Of a stretch of DNA of 64,000 bases, positions 19,335-29,303 are shown in pieces; position 1 is the first letter of the stretch, and every line of letters starts with the position of its first letter. This DNA is from a virus. Lineage: Duplodnaviria > Caudoviricetes. The position numbers and the translations under genes are program-made. Under the pieces are notes generated by a model. That model saw only the letters and a program-made list of their open reading frames with translations. It searched no databases and was not told the DNA's origin. The stretch is from IMG/VR virus record IMGVR_UViG_3300037247_001786, positions 320,001-384,000 of that record; one strand, 5' to 3'.

Positions 19335-19763
19335 ATGTCAAAAGTAAGATTACTTGCTACTTATCCAGCAGAAGAGATACTTTCTCAAGTAAAGGATAAG
19401 GCGAAAATAGAGTTGACTGTGGGAGAGGAAACATACTCTTTGGCGTTATGCTCTGTACGTTTAAAAACGTTTAAAAGAAGTCCCGTATGTGTTTGTTGCG
19501 GCAAAAAAGGGACACTTATGGGATTAGACCTACCTTGTGGACACAATAAGCCTCATCTTAATCTCTATCACATAAGCAGAAAAGGAAAACCTTTGCTAAT
19601 GACCAGAGATCACATTATACCGAGATGTCTCGGAGGTAGAAATCATATCTCTAATATGCAAACTATGTGTACTGTTTGTAATGGGAAAAAGGGGTCTAAA
19701 ACTCCTGAAGAATATGAAATTTATTTAAAAGCCAGAAGAGATTCAAAGCCTAAAAAACGTTAA
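19335..19763 (+). CDS. HNH endonuclease
   Basis: CVCCG...TRDHIIPRCLGGRNHISNMQTMCTVCNGKKG. Confidence 0.88.
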   Translation: MSKVRLLATYPAEEILSQVKDKAKIELTVGEETYSLALCSVRLKTFKRSPVCVCCGKKGTLMGLDLPCGHNKPHLNLYHISRKGKPLLMTRDHIIPRCLGGRNHISNMQTMCTVCNGKKGSKTPEEYEIYLKARRDSKPKKR

Positions 19764-19775
19764 AAGGATAAAATT

Positions 19776-19988
19776 ATGCTTGACTTAATTGCGATAAATG
19801 AGAGAGAAACCCTTCGAATTGTAAAAAGGGGAAAGTTGTATATTTTCCAGGTATATGTTTTGGGAGAATGGGGACCTTCTAAAGAAACAGATAAAGAATG
19901 GTTAGCCTCTAAGTGGATATTGCAATTTGATATGAGGGTATCTACTGACTATCCAACTATCGAAGAGATAAAAAATCAACAAAAATAA
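19776..19988 (+). CDS. Hypothetical protein
   Basis: AGGA RBS. Confidence 0.5.
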   Translation: MLDLIAINERETLRIVKRGKLYIFQVYVLGEWGPSKETDKEWLASKWILQFDMRVSTDYPTIEEIKNQQK

Positions 19989-20022
19989 TTTGCCAGAGTG
20001 TGAAAAAACATAATTTATATAG

Positions 20023-20325
20023 TTGAAAGGATATAAGATGATTTGTAAATTTAGAAGAGCAATAGTTATTGAAGCTATAAGATTTGAAGATACTAAAGAA
20101 AGTTTCGACGAGATAAGAGCTTGGGTAGGAGATAACTTTTATTATGATTATCAAAATGCTCCAAGAGTTTTCCTTAAAGATGCCGATGGAAGGGGAATGC
20201 CTATAAATGAGAATGATTGGGTAGTTAAAGAAGAGAATATCTTCTTAGTTCGTTCCGATACAGACATGAGCTATTTTACAAAAATGTCACATGATGAGAA
20301 AGCCATCTTTAAGAGATATGAGTAA
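20023..20325 (+). CDS. Hypothetical phage protein
   Basis: FRRAIVIEAIRF...GDW-type pattern seen in small phage proteins; likely start 20038. Confidence 0.55.
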   Translation: MKGYKMICKFRRAIVIEAIRFEDTKESFDEIRAWVGDNFYYDYQNAPRVFLKDADGRGMPINENDWVVKEENIFLVRSDTDMSYFTKMSHDEKAIFKRYE

Positions 20326-20777
20326 TGAAGCCTTATAGGAAATTTAAAAATTTTCAGATAAGATGGAAAGAAGCATTAGGTAGACCAGAATGTCCTTATC
20401 TTTATAGATGGACATTCTTATTCTTCGGTTTTTCTATAAGAATTCATCACTGGTTAAAGTCCGATGATAGGAGATATTTTCACGATCATAGCGGAGACCT
20501 TATTTCGATGGTCGTCAAAGGTATTTATAAGAACGTAGTTCCTGACCCTGACAGCCCTGATGGTAAGAGGGAGATTCAAGTCAAAAGATGGAGACCTTGG
20601 AAGTTTAAGGCAGAAGAAAGACATTATCTCGACATACCTAAAGAAGGTGCTTGGACATTATTGTTATTTTGGCCGAAAAGAAGAAACTGGGGCTTCTGGG
20701 ATAGAGAAAATCATATGTTGAGACCTCTAGAATATTTTCACAGACATGGCATAATACAAGATGAGAATTACCAGTAA
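20325..20777 (+). CDS. Cupin-like protein
   Basis: YLYRW...IRIHHW..SD..RYFHDH...MVVKG.Y...HYL. Confidence 0.55.
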   Translation: MKPYRKFKNFQIRWKEALGRPECPYLYRWTFLFFGFSIRIHHWLKSDDRRYFHDHSGDLISMVVKGIYKNVVPDPDSPDGKREIQVKRWRPWKFKAEERHYLDIPKEGAWTLLLFWPKRRNWGFWDRENHMLRPLEYFHRHGIIQDENYQ

Positions 20778-20788
20778 GGAATAATCTT

Positions 20789-21115
20789 ATGGGCATTATT
20801 ATTACATTAGGTATTTTGGCATTTATTGCTGCTTGCGTCGCCGCGAATGCCGATGACGACAGTAACGTTTTCTATAAACAGCAATGGTATAACGATGCTG
20901 CGAAAGAGTTCGGAGAGGATTACTATTATCCTCCATCTACTCATAGGAGCATTATGAATTCTTCTGGTACCGTTATTCGAAATTCACAACATTATCGACC
21001 AGTTAGAAGTTCAACTTACTCATCTGCTTTTGACAAACTGACTCCCTGGTTTATTGATACCAAAGCCGTTTACAACGGAGGATGCGAAAAGTTGTTAGAA
21101 AGAAAATTTAATTAA
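20789..21115 (+). CDS. Hypothetical protein with N-terminal TM
   Basis: AAGGA RBS. Confidence 0.5.
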   Translation: MGIIITLGILAFIAACVAANADDDSNVFYKQQWYNDAAKEFGEDYYYPPSTHRSIMNSSGTVIRNSQHYRPVRSSTYSSAFDKLTPWFIDTKAVYNGGCEKLLERKFN

Positions 21116-21252
21116 TAGATATTTTGGTTCTTTAAAAAGAGTGTCAAGAGATGAATACTGATAACGAATAGATGTGATTTTAAGATATTTAAAGGATTTT
21201 AAGCATTTTCTCTTAATTATAGTTATAATAAAACTATTTTAGGAGAAAAATT

Positions 21253-22134
21253 ATGGAAGATCGTTTTATCGGCAAGCGTATTGGAAGAGTTGTAGTATTA
21301 AAGCAGATTGGTGTCAAAAAGAAAAGAAAAGCTTACGAATGCCTATGTTCTTGTGGGAAAAAAGATATATTAAGTTCTGATCAATTATCAAGAAATAAGA
21401 ATCCTGGGTGTAAGAAATGTAGCCGTAGAATTAAATTTACAGATTTAAAAGGGCAAAGATTTAACAAATTAGTAGTTATAAAAGAAGATGTAAGTTATAA
21501 AGGTAACGGGGTAAAATGGCATTGCCTCTGTGACTGTGGGAATAAGACAGTCGTTTTGTCGGGGTCATTAAAAAACGGACATACAAAATCTTGCAGTTGC
21601 TTACAAAAAGAAAAAGTCAGTAAAATAAAAGTTAATTTAACAGGACAGAAATTTGGGAAATTAACAGTTATAAAAAAAGAGCCCGAGAACGCTAAGTGGC
21701 TGTGCAAGTGTGAATGTGGCAATGAAGTTATTACTCGCTCAACGTCTTTGTACTCTGGGGCGACGAAGTCTTGCGGTTGTATTCGTATAGAAATGCACAC
21801 CGGCCCAAATAGTAGATTTTGGAAAGGTGGTATAACTTTAATTAATAGGGGTATTAAAAAATCTTCTAAATATTGGAAGTGGGTAAGATATGTAAAAAAA
21901 AGAGATCAATATACTTGCCAATGTTGTTCTTTGCAAGCAATTAGTAAGAAATTACATGCTCATCATATAAGAAATTTTGCTGATAATATTGATGTAGCTT
22001 TTGATACTAATAATGGGATTACTCTATGTGAGGGATGCCATAAAAAATTTCATGCTGTTTATGGAAAAATTAAAACAGATAATAAACAATTAACGGAATT
22101 TATTAAAAATGAAAAAATCAAAAATAAAACTTGA
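21253..22134 (+). mobile_element. Free-standing HNH homing endonuclease with three Cys-rich repeats
   Basis: 3x G..FGKL.V...W.C.C.CG repeats; C-terminal YTCQCC..LHAHH..NGITLCEGCHKKFH; overlaps start of next gene. Confidence 0.85.
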
Positions 22135-23113
22135 AGATATTGGTTTCTATACCTTATATGAAGAGAGGTGTAAATATGCTAATGCGACAAGCCCTATGAT
22201 TAGAGCGGAACTTATTATAACTAGTTTTTGTAATTTTAATTGTCCCTACTGCCGAGGTATGAGAGAAGAATGTAGAGGCGACATGTCATTATTCCAAGCT
22301 CTTCGAACCATTTATTTTTGGACAGATGATAACCTCAAAAACATTCGCTTCTCAGGAGGAGAGCCAACTCTTCATAAAGGTTTAATGGATATGGTTCGCT
22401 ATGCTAAAGAAAGAGGAGTAGAAAGAATTGCTCTCTCCACAAATGGTAGTGCGAAAACAGAATTATATGATGAACTTGTCGAAGCTGGCGTTAACGATTT
22501 CTCGATTTCTTTAGATGCCTGCTGCTCAACTTATGCAGATAAAATGGCTGGCGTTGACGGTCAGTTCCAAAAAATTATTGATAATATTAAGTATCTTTCA
22601 GAGAAGACTTATGTAACTGTCGGCGTTGTGTTTACCGAAGAAACTGTTGATAGTATTGTAGAGGTTATACAATTGGCTAATGACTTGGGCGTATCTGATA
22701 TTCGTATCATCTCTGCTGCTCAAGAGAGTGAAACATATTTCAAATTTTCAAAGTCAGTTTCTGTCTTCGGCACAGGTTTCAGAAAGAGATATCCTATATT
22801 AGCGTATAGGTTAGAAAATATCGAAGAAAATGTTCCTGTCAGAGGTTTGATAGAGAGCGATTCTCATAGATGCGGTTTGATGACAGATGACAGTATGGTT
22901 GCTGGTAAGTGGCATTATCCTTGCATCATACATTTCAGAGAGGGAGGAGACCCTATCGGAGAAGTTGGTCCTAATATGAGAAAAGAGAGAATAGATTGGT
23001 TAAAGACACATGATACCCACTCTGATCCTATCTGCAAAAAAAATTGTTTGGATGTATGCGTAGCATATAATAACAGATTCGCAAAATATTCTGGCATGAG
23101 AAAGAATATTTAA
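22109..23113 (+). CDS. Radical SAM protein
   Basis: CNFNCPYC, GGEPTLH, STNG, ISLD; extra C-terminal Cys. Confidence 0.9.
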   Translation: MKKSKIKLEDIGFYTLYEERCKYANATSPMIRAELIITSFCNFNCPYCRGMREECRGDMSLFQALRTIYFWTDDNLKNIRFSGGEPTLHKGLMDMVRYAKERGVERIALSTNGSAKTELYDELVEAGVNDFSISLDACCSTYADKMAGVDGQFQKIIDNIKYLSEKTYVTVGVVFTEETVDSIVEVIQLANDLGVSDIRIISAAQESETYFKFSKSVSVFGTGFRKRYPILAYRLENIEENVPVRGLIESDSHRCGLMTDDSMVAGKWHYPCIIHFREGGDPIGEVGPNMRKERIDWLKTHDTHSDPICKKNCLDVCVAYNNRFAKYSGMRKNI

Positions 23114-23114
23114 C

Positions 23115-23145
23115 TTGAAAGTGATTTTTAAATATGATATAGTAT
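23115..23145 (+). promoter_or_regulatory. Sigma70-like promoter
   Basis: TTGAAA GTGATTTT...TATAGT. Confidence 0.65.
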
Positions 23146-23170
23146 TGTTTTAAGATAAAAGGAGATAAAT

Positions 23171-23362
23171 ATGTTATATATTTTAGTTGGTATCGTTTGG
23201 GGAATATTCTCTGTAAAAATGCAGCAAAAGTTCCATCCTACTTGCAGCGATAAAAGAGATTTAGCCATTAACTTTATTGTTAATGGGGTGATATGGCCTA
23301 TCAGTATGGTTGTCGCCGCTTATCGTTATTTCACTAAAACTGGTTGGGCAAAGAATTTATAG
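23171..23362 (+). CDS. Small membrane protein
   Basis: AGGAG RBS, two TM. Confidence 0.55.
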   Translation: MLYILVGIVWGIFSVKMQQKFHPTCSDKRDLAINFIVNGVIWPISMVVAAYRYFTKTGWAKNL

Positions 23363-23373
23363 TATTGTAATAA

Positions 23374-23530
23374 CGGCTCGTACCTCAGAGGACAGAGGGT
23401 CTAGCTCATGTAGTCATGTCCATGCCTAATTTCGAAATACGGCTAAGGAGAAGACGGAGTCATTCTAGAATAAGACTTTAATACGTGAGAACTACTAGAA
23501 AGTCGCAGTGTTCGAATCCTGCCGGGCCGA
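23374..23530 (+). tRNA. tRNA (CAT-like anticodon) interrupted by ~83-nt insertion in the anticodon loop
   Basis: Acceptor CGGCTCG/CGGGCCG, D stem CCTC/GAGG, anticodon stem TCTAG(23400)/CTAGA(23495), TTCGAAT T-loop; 90 nt where a 7-nt loop is expected. Confidence 0.75.
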
Positions 23531-23552
23531 TTTTTTTGGAAAGGAAAGTGTT

Positions 23553-23744
23553 ATGGCTAGTTTTATATGTTTATTAATTATAGCGGGATTAATTTATTGT
23601 TTCGTAAATAAGGACAACGAAATAGTAGAGTGCATAGTCGCTGCAATCGTAACTATCTTTTTACTATTGGTAGCTTTGATCATTGCTTATTTTCCTTATA
23701 TTCTTATCGCATGTGCAGTAGTCCTCCTTGCTAAAGGTTGTTAG
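23553..23744 (+). CDS. Small membrane protein
   Basis: ATG with AGGAAAG RBS; track start 23508 lies inside the tRNA. Confidence 0.5.
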   Translation: MASFICLLIIAGLIYCFVNKDNEIVECIVAAIVTIFLLLVALIIAYFPYILIACAVVLLAKGC

Positions 23745-23769
23745 CAAAGAGGAAGAAAGGTAATGTCGT

Positions 23770-24633
23770 ATGAAGATACAAACTTTTTCAATAGTAATAG
23801 GTGATAAAAGATGTAATGCTAGATGCCCTTATTGCGTTTCTAAAATGACGGGCGATGAAGGGCTTGAGTGCGGTTCTCAAGGCATCAATTACAGAAACCT
23901 TAAGAAGGCTTGTGAGTTCGCAAAGATGTCAGGAGTTAGTACTATACTGCTAACTGGTAAAGGAGAGCCTTTACTCCATATAGATCAAATCACAGAATAT
24001 CTCCGTTTAATAGATGGATATAATTTCCCATTTATCGAATTACAAACCAATGGGATAAAACTGTCTGAACCCGTAACTCAATCCACACTTGGACTTTGGT
24101 ATAGCCTCGGATTAACTACTGTATCTCTCTCTTGTGTTCATTGGGACGATAGCTATAATCAAAGAATTTTCGGCAAAAATTATGGTTCTTTAAAAGAATA
24201 TGTTGACATATTACATGATAATTTTCTTTCTGTAAGATTAAGTTGCGTAATGTGTAAAGGTTATATTCATAATCTTCAAATGGTTCAAGCTTTTGCCAGA
24301 ACATGTAAGAGATGGGGAGTTGAGCAGTTTACTGTACGTCCAGTTAATTATGCTACTGGAGGTAACGAGAAGATAGAAAACTGGGTCAGAGACCATTTTG
24401 TAACTGAAGGTATGATGAATAGCATTGAGAGATTTCTTGATAGGAGTAAAGAATCTACTCTATTATTAGAACTCGCTCATGGAGCGAAAGTGTATGATTA
24501 TATGGGTCAGAACCTCTCCTTAAGTTCTTGCTTGACTAGTAGTCCTAATCCAGATGATATAAGACAACTAATATTTTTTCCAGACGGGCACTTGAAATAT
24601 TCTTGGACCGAGGCTGGAGCAATTTTATTTTAG
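23770..24633 (+). CDS. Radical SAM protein
   Basis: CNARCPYC, GKGEPLL, ELQTNG. Confidence 0.9.
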   Translation: MKIQTFSIVIGDKRCNARCPYCVSKMTGDEGLECGSQGINYRNLKKACEFAKMSGVSTILLTGKGEPLLHIDQITEYLRLIDGYNFPFIELQTNGIKLSEPVTQSTLGLWYSLGLTTVSLSCVHWDDSYNQRIFGKNYGSLKEYVDILHDNFLSVRLSCVMCKGYIHNLQMVQAFARTCKRWGVEQFTVRPVNYATGGNEKIENWVRDHFVTEGMMNSIERFLDRSKESTLLLELAHGAKVYDYMGQNLSLSSCLTSSPNPDDIRQLIFFPDGHLKYSWTEAGAILF

Positions 24634-24645
24634 AAAGGTTTTACA

Positions 24646-24846
24646 ATGTTATTTACGATAGCCATGTCAGCAGTCGGTTTGATAATCGTTCTATCAATAT
24701 TATGTCAATCCAACGATTTTTTAGATTGGGTTGTGAGGCTTGATGATCCTGAGTGGTCAGAATTATATAAGGAGAAACTACCTGATATCATCAGAGCGAG
24801 AGATAGTATAAGAAACCGCAAAGAAGAACTAAAATGGGGTAAATAG
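24646..24846 (+). CDS. Small membrane-anchored protein
   Basis: N-terminal TM. Confidence 0.5.
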   Translation: MLFTIAMSAVGLIIVLSILCQSNDFLDWVVRLDDPEWSELYKEKLPDIIRARDSIRNRKEELKWGK

Positions 24847-24914
24847 ATTTTTTACTTGAAAGTGTTTTAGTTTTCCCCTAAAATAGGAAATAGTTATTTA
24901 ATAGGATAAAAAAT

Positions 24915-25184
24915 ATGACAATAGTATGTAAATATTTTATAATGTTTGTCATCGTCTCTACTCTATCCCTTGTGGATAAGTTTAAGGATGACCCTCATAT
25001 GGATAGTTTCGAGAAATTCATATCAGTATTAGTTTCTTTACTGTACGGATTATTATGGCCTATTACGATATGGGTAAGTGCCGTTCAATGGATAGTTTCA
25101 AAAGAGATTCCTGCTTGGGCAGAAGTTCTAATGAACGCCTTAAAATCTATTACTAAATTTATAACGAATAAGTTGCCGGAGTAA
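24915..25184 (+). CDS. Small membrane protein
   Basis: After promoter at ~24856; LLWP motif. Confidence 0.5.
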   Translation: MTIVCKYFIMFVIVSTLSLVDKFKDDPHMDSFEKFISVLVSLLYGLLWPITIWVSAVQWIVSKEIPAWAEVLMNALKSITKFITNKLPE

Positions 25185-25187
25185 GAT

Positions 25188-25544
25188 ATGAAAATCGAAG
25201 AAAATTTACAACTTTTCTGGGATGATATAAGATTTAAAAATGGATTATTTGGTTTAATCGTAGGGTCTATTTTTCTCATTATGATAACCGCTTTTGTCGC
25301 CGGTACTACTTTTTTTATTATAACGTCTAACATTGATTTCTTGGGGTTATCTGCTGGTATCGGACTTGTTTTCTTTATGATATCTTCGTATGGTCAAAAT
25401 AGAAAGATACAGGAGTTAGAAAATACTATCAAAGAGCAGAAAAACTCGCACCGGGGAACCGATAGAAGATTTAGCGTGGATAGAAAAGTTAGTGTGAAGA
25501 ATATAGACGCACAGATGAAGGAGATGAATGAAGAAGATAGGTAA
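25188..25544 (+). CDS. Membrane protein
   Basis: Two TM plus coiled tail. Confidence 0.55.
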   Translation: MKIEENLQLFWDDIRFKNGLFGLIVGSIFLIMITAFVAGTTFFIITSNIDFLGLSAGIGLVFFMISSYGQNRKIQELENTIKEQKNSHRGTDRRFSVDRKVSVKNIDAQMKEMNEEDR

Positions 25545-25893
25545 AAAGATATTAAGTTTTTATGCTGAATGCTCTCAAGAGGTCTCGGAAAAAAGAAAGA
25601 TAAGGAAACAAAAAAGAGAGGCAAAGGCGGAGCAAGAAAGACTCTTACAAGAAAGAAGAGAGTCCGCTTTTTGCCCTCATTGTAATACTCAACATACTTC
25701 TTCTTATTACTATTCTCATAGTACTAAGAAAGAAGATATCGAGATAAGAGAAGAACATGTCCACCGTCATATAAATTTTTTAAAGTGTTCTGAATGTAAA
25801 TGTTTATTTGGAGTAGAGGGTAGGTATTGCTTTGTGCATAGTCTTGATCTATCGAGAACGACTTTTAAACTAGAGGATAGGGAAAATGTTTAA
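25528..25893 (+). CDS. Hypothetical zinc-ribbon protein
   Basis: CPHC...CSEC. Confidence 0.5.
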   Translation: MKKIGKKILSFYAECSQEVSEKRKIRKQKREAKAEQERLLQERRESAFCPHCNTQHTSSYYYSHSTKKEDIEIREEHVHRHINFLKCSECKCLFGVEGRYCFVHSLDLSRTTFKLEDRENV

Positions 25894-26248
25894 CTGGTTT
25901 AAGAAAAAAGATAATAGAGAAAAAATAGTTCTTAATGTAGTAGATTTTTCTGTGTCACCTGGAGCTAGGTATATCGCTGATGGAGATTTCTCAGGTGAGT
26001 TATTTAGAAAAAATTATCTATATCCGAAATTAGCTGAGGCAATGTGTAACGATAAGATTTTAGTCGTTTGTTTAGATGGAGGTTATGGATATGGTGTCGC
26101 ATTTTTAGAAGAAGCTTTTGGCGGATTAGTAAGGGTTGAGGGAGAATCAGCCGTAGAGATAAAAAATCACCTTGAAATAATATCCGATGAAGAGCCTAAT
26201 CTTATTAATGAAGTTATGAATTATTTAGATGAAGCAAAATTAATATAA
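25886..26248 (+). CDS. STAS-like DUF4325 protein
   Basis: DFS..PGARY...G.FSGE.FR...L...LDG..GY..AFLEEAFGGLVR. Confidence 0.75.
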   Translation: MFNWFKKKDNREKIVLNVVDFSVSPGARYIADGDFSGELFRKNYLYPKLAEAMCNDKILVVCLDGGYGYGVAFLEEAFGGLVRVEGESAVEIKNHLEIISDEEPNLINEVMNYLDEAKLI

Positions 26249-26259
26249 GGACAAATAGC

Positions 26260-26472
26260 ATGGTAGAAATACTTATAGAAATGACAGAGGAACAAAAGGC
26301 TTCTTTAGATGAAATTGCTAAAGAACTCGGGACAACAGATGTCGAAACTTTTCAGGCATCATTGGACATACTAAAACATATGATGGCAGAAACGAAAAAT
26401 GGAGATGTGAGGGCGGTAAGAGAGATGAGTGAACTTATAAATAATATAAAAAAGGCAAAGAAAAATGTTTAA
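26260..26472 (+). CDS. Small, possibly ribbon-helix-helix-like protein
   Basis: IEMTEEQKASLDEIAKELG. Confidence 0.4.
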   Translation: MVEILIEMTEEQKASLDEIAKELGTTDVETFQASLDILKHMMAETKNGDVRAVREMSELINNIKKAKKNV

Positions 26473-26722
26473 CTGGTTGCGTAAGAGAAGAGAAATAAAA
26501 AAGATTAAAGCTATAAGAGCGAATCTCGATAAAGCAGTTGGTGAATTGGAAACGATACGAGATCGAACAATTATCGGAGAATCCCTTGAAGAATTTCATA
26601 TCACAGAAACGATTGTTAATCTCTATAAAGTAATCGAGGAAATAGATAAAGAAGTAGATGACAGGACGAGAGTAAGGAAGTCCATCTTCCAGGAGAAAGA
26701 CTGTAATGAACATGAAATTTAA
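26465..26722 (+). CDS. Hypothetical protein
   Basis: Coupled ORF; MFNW start like 25886. Confidence 0.5.
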   Translation: MFNWLRKRREIKKIKAIRANLDKAVGELETIRDRTIIGESLEEFHITETIVNLYKVIEEIDKEVDDRTRVRKSIFQEKDCNEHEI

Positions 26723-27161
26723 CAATATGTTCCAAAAAGCATTAGATACTATGAAGAACGGTATCGTCAATATCACTAAAGATATGCAATCTGAAGAAAA
26801 AGTTAAAACTATCAAGATAAGGAAAAGTAATAATATGAATGTTAGTACCGTAACTATAAATGGTTCTCATATATTTCAAACTTCTAATTGTATTCAAATT
26901 AATATAGAAGGAGACGTTCACTCGGTAGACTCTCAAGGCTCTGTAACTTGTGAGAATGTTACTGGTGATGTTAATACTCAAGGATCAGTTACTTGTCACG
27001 ATGTTGGAGGCGAGGTGGACACTCAAGGCTCTGTAAGGTGCGAGAATGTTAAAGGGTCTATTAGTACTATGGGGTCGGTAAGGGCAAATGACGTTTACGG
27101 AGATATAGATACAATGGGAACGGTTACAGTTAATAGGAGAAAACAACATGGTATGTCTTAG
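26706..27161 (+). CDS. Beta-helix repeat protein (bactofilin/adhesin-like)
   Basis: ~16-aa repeats V.GDV.T.GSV.C.. Confidence 0.6.
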   Translation: MNMKFNNMFQKALDTMKNGIVNITKDMQSEEKVKTIKIRKSNNMNVSTVTINGSHIFQTSNCIQINIEGDVHSVDSQGSVTCENVTGDVNTQGSVTCHDVGGEVDTQGSVRCENVKGSISTMGSVRANDVYGDIDTMGTVTVNRRKQHGMS

Positions 27162-27537
27162 TACCTTAGAAGAAAATCGTAGAAAAAGTGATATGGCTAT
27201 GAAGAAAGATAGTATAGTGGTCAATCCCTCTGTCCTAGAACAAAAACTGGGAGAGATATTCTACAAGTTATCAGTTAAAGAAATTATGGCTATTATTAAA
27301 AAATGTGATATGGTAGAACCAGAGATAGAGCCGACTGTTATTTTAAATAATAGCTCGAAAGGAATGAAAGAGCTAATAAAAATGATAGAGGCAGGCGAAC
27401 CACATGATTGGAAAAGATTACGCTCTTGTGATCCAAGGGCGATGCGTGGAGGAGAAGCTAATTGGAGATGTTCCAAATGTGACCAAGAGATAACTGCTTC
27501 TTACGCCTGTCTGCCCGTTAAAGGATGTAAAAAATAA
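27148..27537 (+). CDS. Hypothetical protein with C-terminal Cys cluster
   Basis: H.W...C...CSKC. Confidence 0.45.
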   Translation: MVCLSTLEENRRKSDMAMKKDSIVVNPSVLEQKLGEIFYKLSVKEIMAIIKKCDMVEPEIEPTVILNNSSKGMKELIKMIEAGEPHDWKRLRSCDPRAMRGGEANWRCSKCDQEITASYACLPVKGCKK

Positions 27538-27573
27538 TTTAGTAATCACAGTATATTAATTTAAGGAAATAAA

Positions 27574-28149
27574 ATGAAAAAGTTTTTAGTAATTTTACTA
27601 TTGTTGGTATGTATTAACTCAGCCCAAGCCGATAAGTGGGTTGTATTGAAGAAATTTAAGGATGTTGTACCTGTCAGTATCTCTTATGGCAGCAAAGCGT
27701 ATACCATTACATTAGAGTCAGGAAGATGGTTTGTATGTGCTGATTCATATGCGGATGCCTCTGTCGAGAAGATGATATTAGGTTCAACTGGTACATATTA
27801 TTGGAAGGTTTCGGCTGATGGCAAATTTATTCGCGAAGATGATACTGTTAAATGGGTAGAAAATAAGGAATTAACAAAAAAGGGAAAACAACTTAAGAAG
27901 ATAGAAGATACTTCAGAGAATAAAAAAGTATTCTCTTCTAGAAAAATTAAAGAGACTCCCTCAACTTGGGTAGAAGTATTTAGAAAATTGCCTCCAAAAG
28001 ACACTGTTGTTCTGGTTAAATATACCAATGGGGTTATCACTACCGCATATGTTAATTTTAAAAATGAGTGGAAACTTACAACAGATAAAGGTAGGATTAG
28101 CGGTGGAGTGACACTGAAGTCCGTCTCTGAGTGGAAAACAATAAATTAA
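27574..28149 (+). CDS. Secreted hypothetical protein
   Basis: Signal peptide MKKFLVILLLLVCINSAQA. Confidence 0.6.
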   Translation: MKKFLVILLLLVCINSAQADKWVVLKKFKDVVPVSISYGSKAYTITLESGRWFVCADSYADASVEKMILGSTGTYYWKVSADGKFIREDDTVKWVENKELTKKGKQLKKIEDTSENKKVFSSRKIKETPSTWVEVFRKLPPKDTVVLVKYTNGVITTAYVNFKNEWKLTTDKGRISGGVTLKSVSEWKTIN

Positions 28150-28168
28150 TAACTAAGGAAATGTAGCC

Positions 28169-28609
28169 ATGTGTCTGAAAACTAAATTATCAATAAAAGA
28201 ACAAAATAAAATAACAAAAGATATAGGCAAAGAAGGGATAGAAGTCTATAAGGTGGTAGGCATCGGAGTAAGGGGGTATCATCCTCTTTGCATCAGGAAT
28301 AAAGGATCATATAAAGAAGGCATAGATGAGGCTGATGGAGGTTCAATATATGATTTCGGCATAGTTTCCTATAAAGCAGGGTTTCACTTCTATCTGACTA
28401 AAAAAGATGCAGACAAGGCTCTAGTAGAAGTAAACCATTGTTTCGTGTTGAACCAACTTGCAGAGTTTGTCTTCCAAGGAGAATATAAAGTTATTAAATG
28501 CATCGTTAAAAAATCATGGATAACAACAATCGGAGAGGATAATATGTCGGGTATATTTGCGACTACTCTCGTAGCCAAAAAAGCAATTTTTCCTAAATTC
28601 AGAGAATAG
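28169..28609 (+). CDS. Paralog family A protein (MC..YKV..GFHFY..KKSW)
   Basis: Shares motifs with 44418, 45696 and more distantly 40960, 44858. Confidence 0.65.
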   Translation: MCLKTKLSIKEQNKITKDIGKEGIEVYKVVGIGVRGYHPLCIRNKGSYKEGIDEADGGSIYDFGIVSYKAGFHFYLTKKDADKALVEVNHCFVLNQLAEFVFQGEYKVIKCIVKKSWITTIGEDNMSGIFATTLVAKKAIFPKFRE

Positions 28610-28696
28610 ATATGGAAGTAGATAATAAATGGAATACCAAAGATTATAATTATTGCGAAGAACATAACATGTTTTATAGAAAATATTGTTTAGGCT

Positions 28697-28999
28697 GTGC
28701 CTTATGCCCATATGACGAAACAGAGAAACAAAATGAAAACAATAGCACAAAAAGCAGAGGAATATATAAGGAGCATTAACGGCACCGGAGTTATGTGGGG
28801 AGATGGAAGCCTGTTACATAACATCGCTGAGTATTGCGGCATACCTCACGAAGGACTTAAAACAGAAGATAGGATATTAAATGCCATTGATAGGGGACAC
28901 AAAGGAGTGTTCAAAAAAAGTTTTGTAAGGATACATGTTGGGATGCATAATCGGGAAACTCTAGTTAGGAATTTTTCATTAATAGAAGAAGATGAGTAA
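28697..28999 (+). CDS. Hypothetical protein
   Basis: Co-oriented ORF. Confidence 0.5.
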   Translation: MPYAHMTKQRNKMKTIAQKAEEYIRSINGTGVMWGDGSLLHNIAEYCGIPHEGLKTEDRILNAIDRGHKGVFKKSFVRIHVGMHNRETLVRNFSLIEEDE

Positions 29000-29303
29000 A
29001 GAAAAAATATATACTGAAATACAGATAGTAAATGCGAGGGAAACTGAACTTGCAAAGATCGCTATATCTTATTTCTCACCGAGGTTGTGGACATGTGATA
29101 TTGATGTAGATGATTGGAATATCGCTATGATGATAAGAGATATAGTGATATGTGCTTATGGTTATGAGGAATTCGAATTTGGACTAAATCAAGTTTTGGG
29201 AGTAGACTACAAATTCCCCCATAAGGGAACCTCTCAAGATTATATTAAAGCTTCATGCATAGTAAGATTAAAAAAAGGAAAGATCAATGAGAATATGCCC
29301 TAA
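28992..29303 (+). CDS. Hypothetical protein
   Basis: Coupled ORF. Confidence 0.5.
   Translation: MSKEKIYTEIQIVNARETELAKIAISYFSPRLWTCDIDVDDWNIAMMIRDIVICAYGYEEFEFGLNQVLGVDYKFPHKGTSQDYIKASCIVRLKKGKINENMP

Noticed and set aside
23405-23494. Group I intron in the tRNA
   Set aside because: About 83 nt is too short and no P7 core is recognisable
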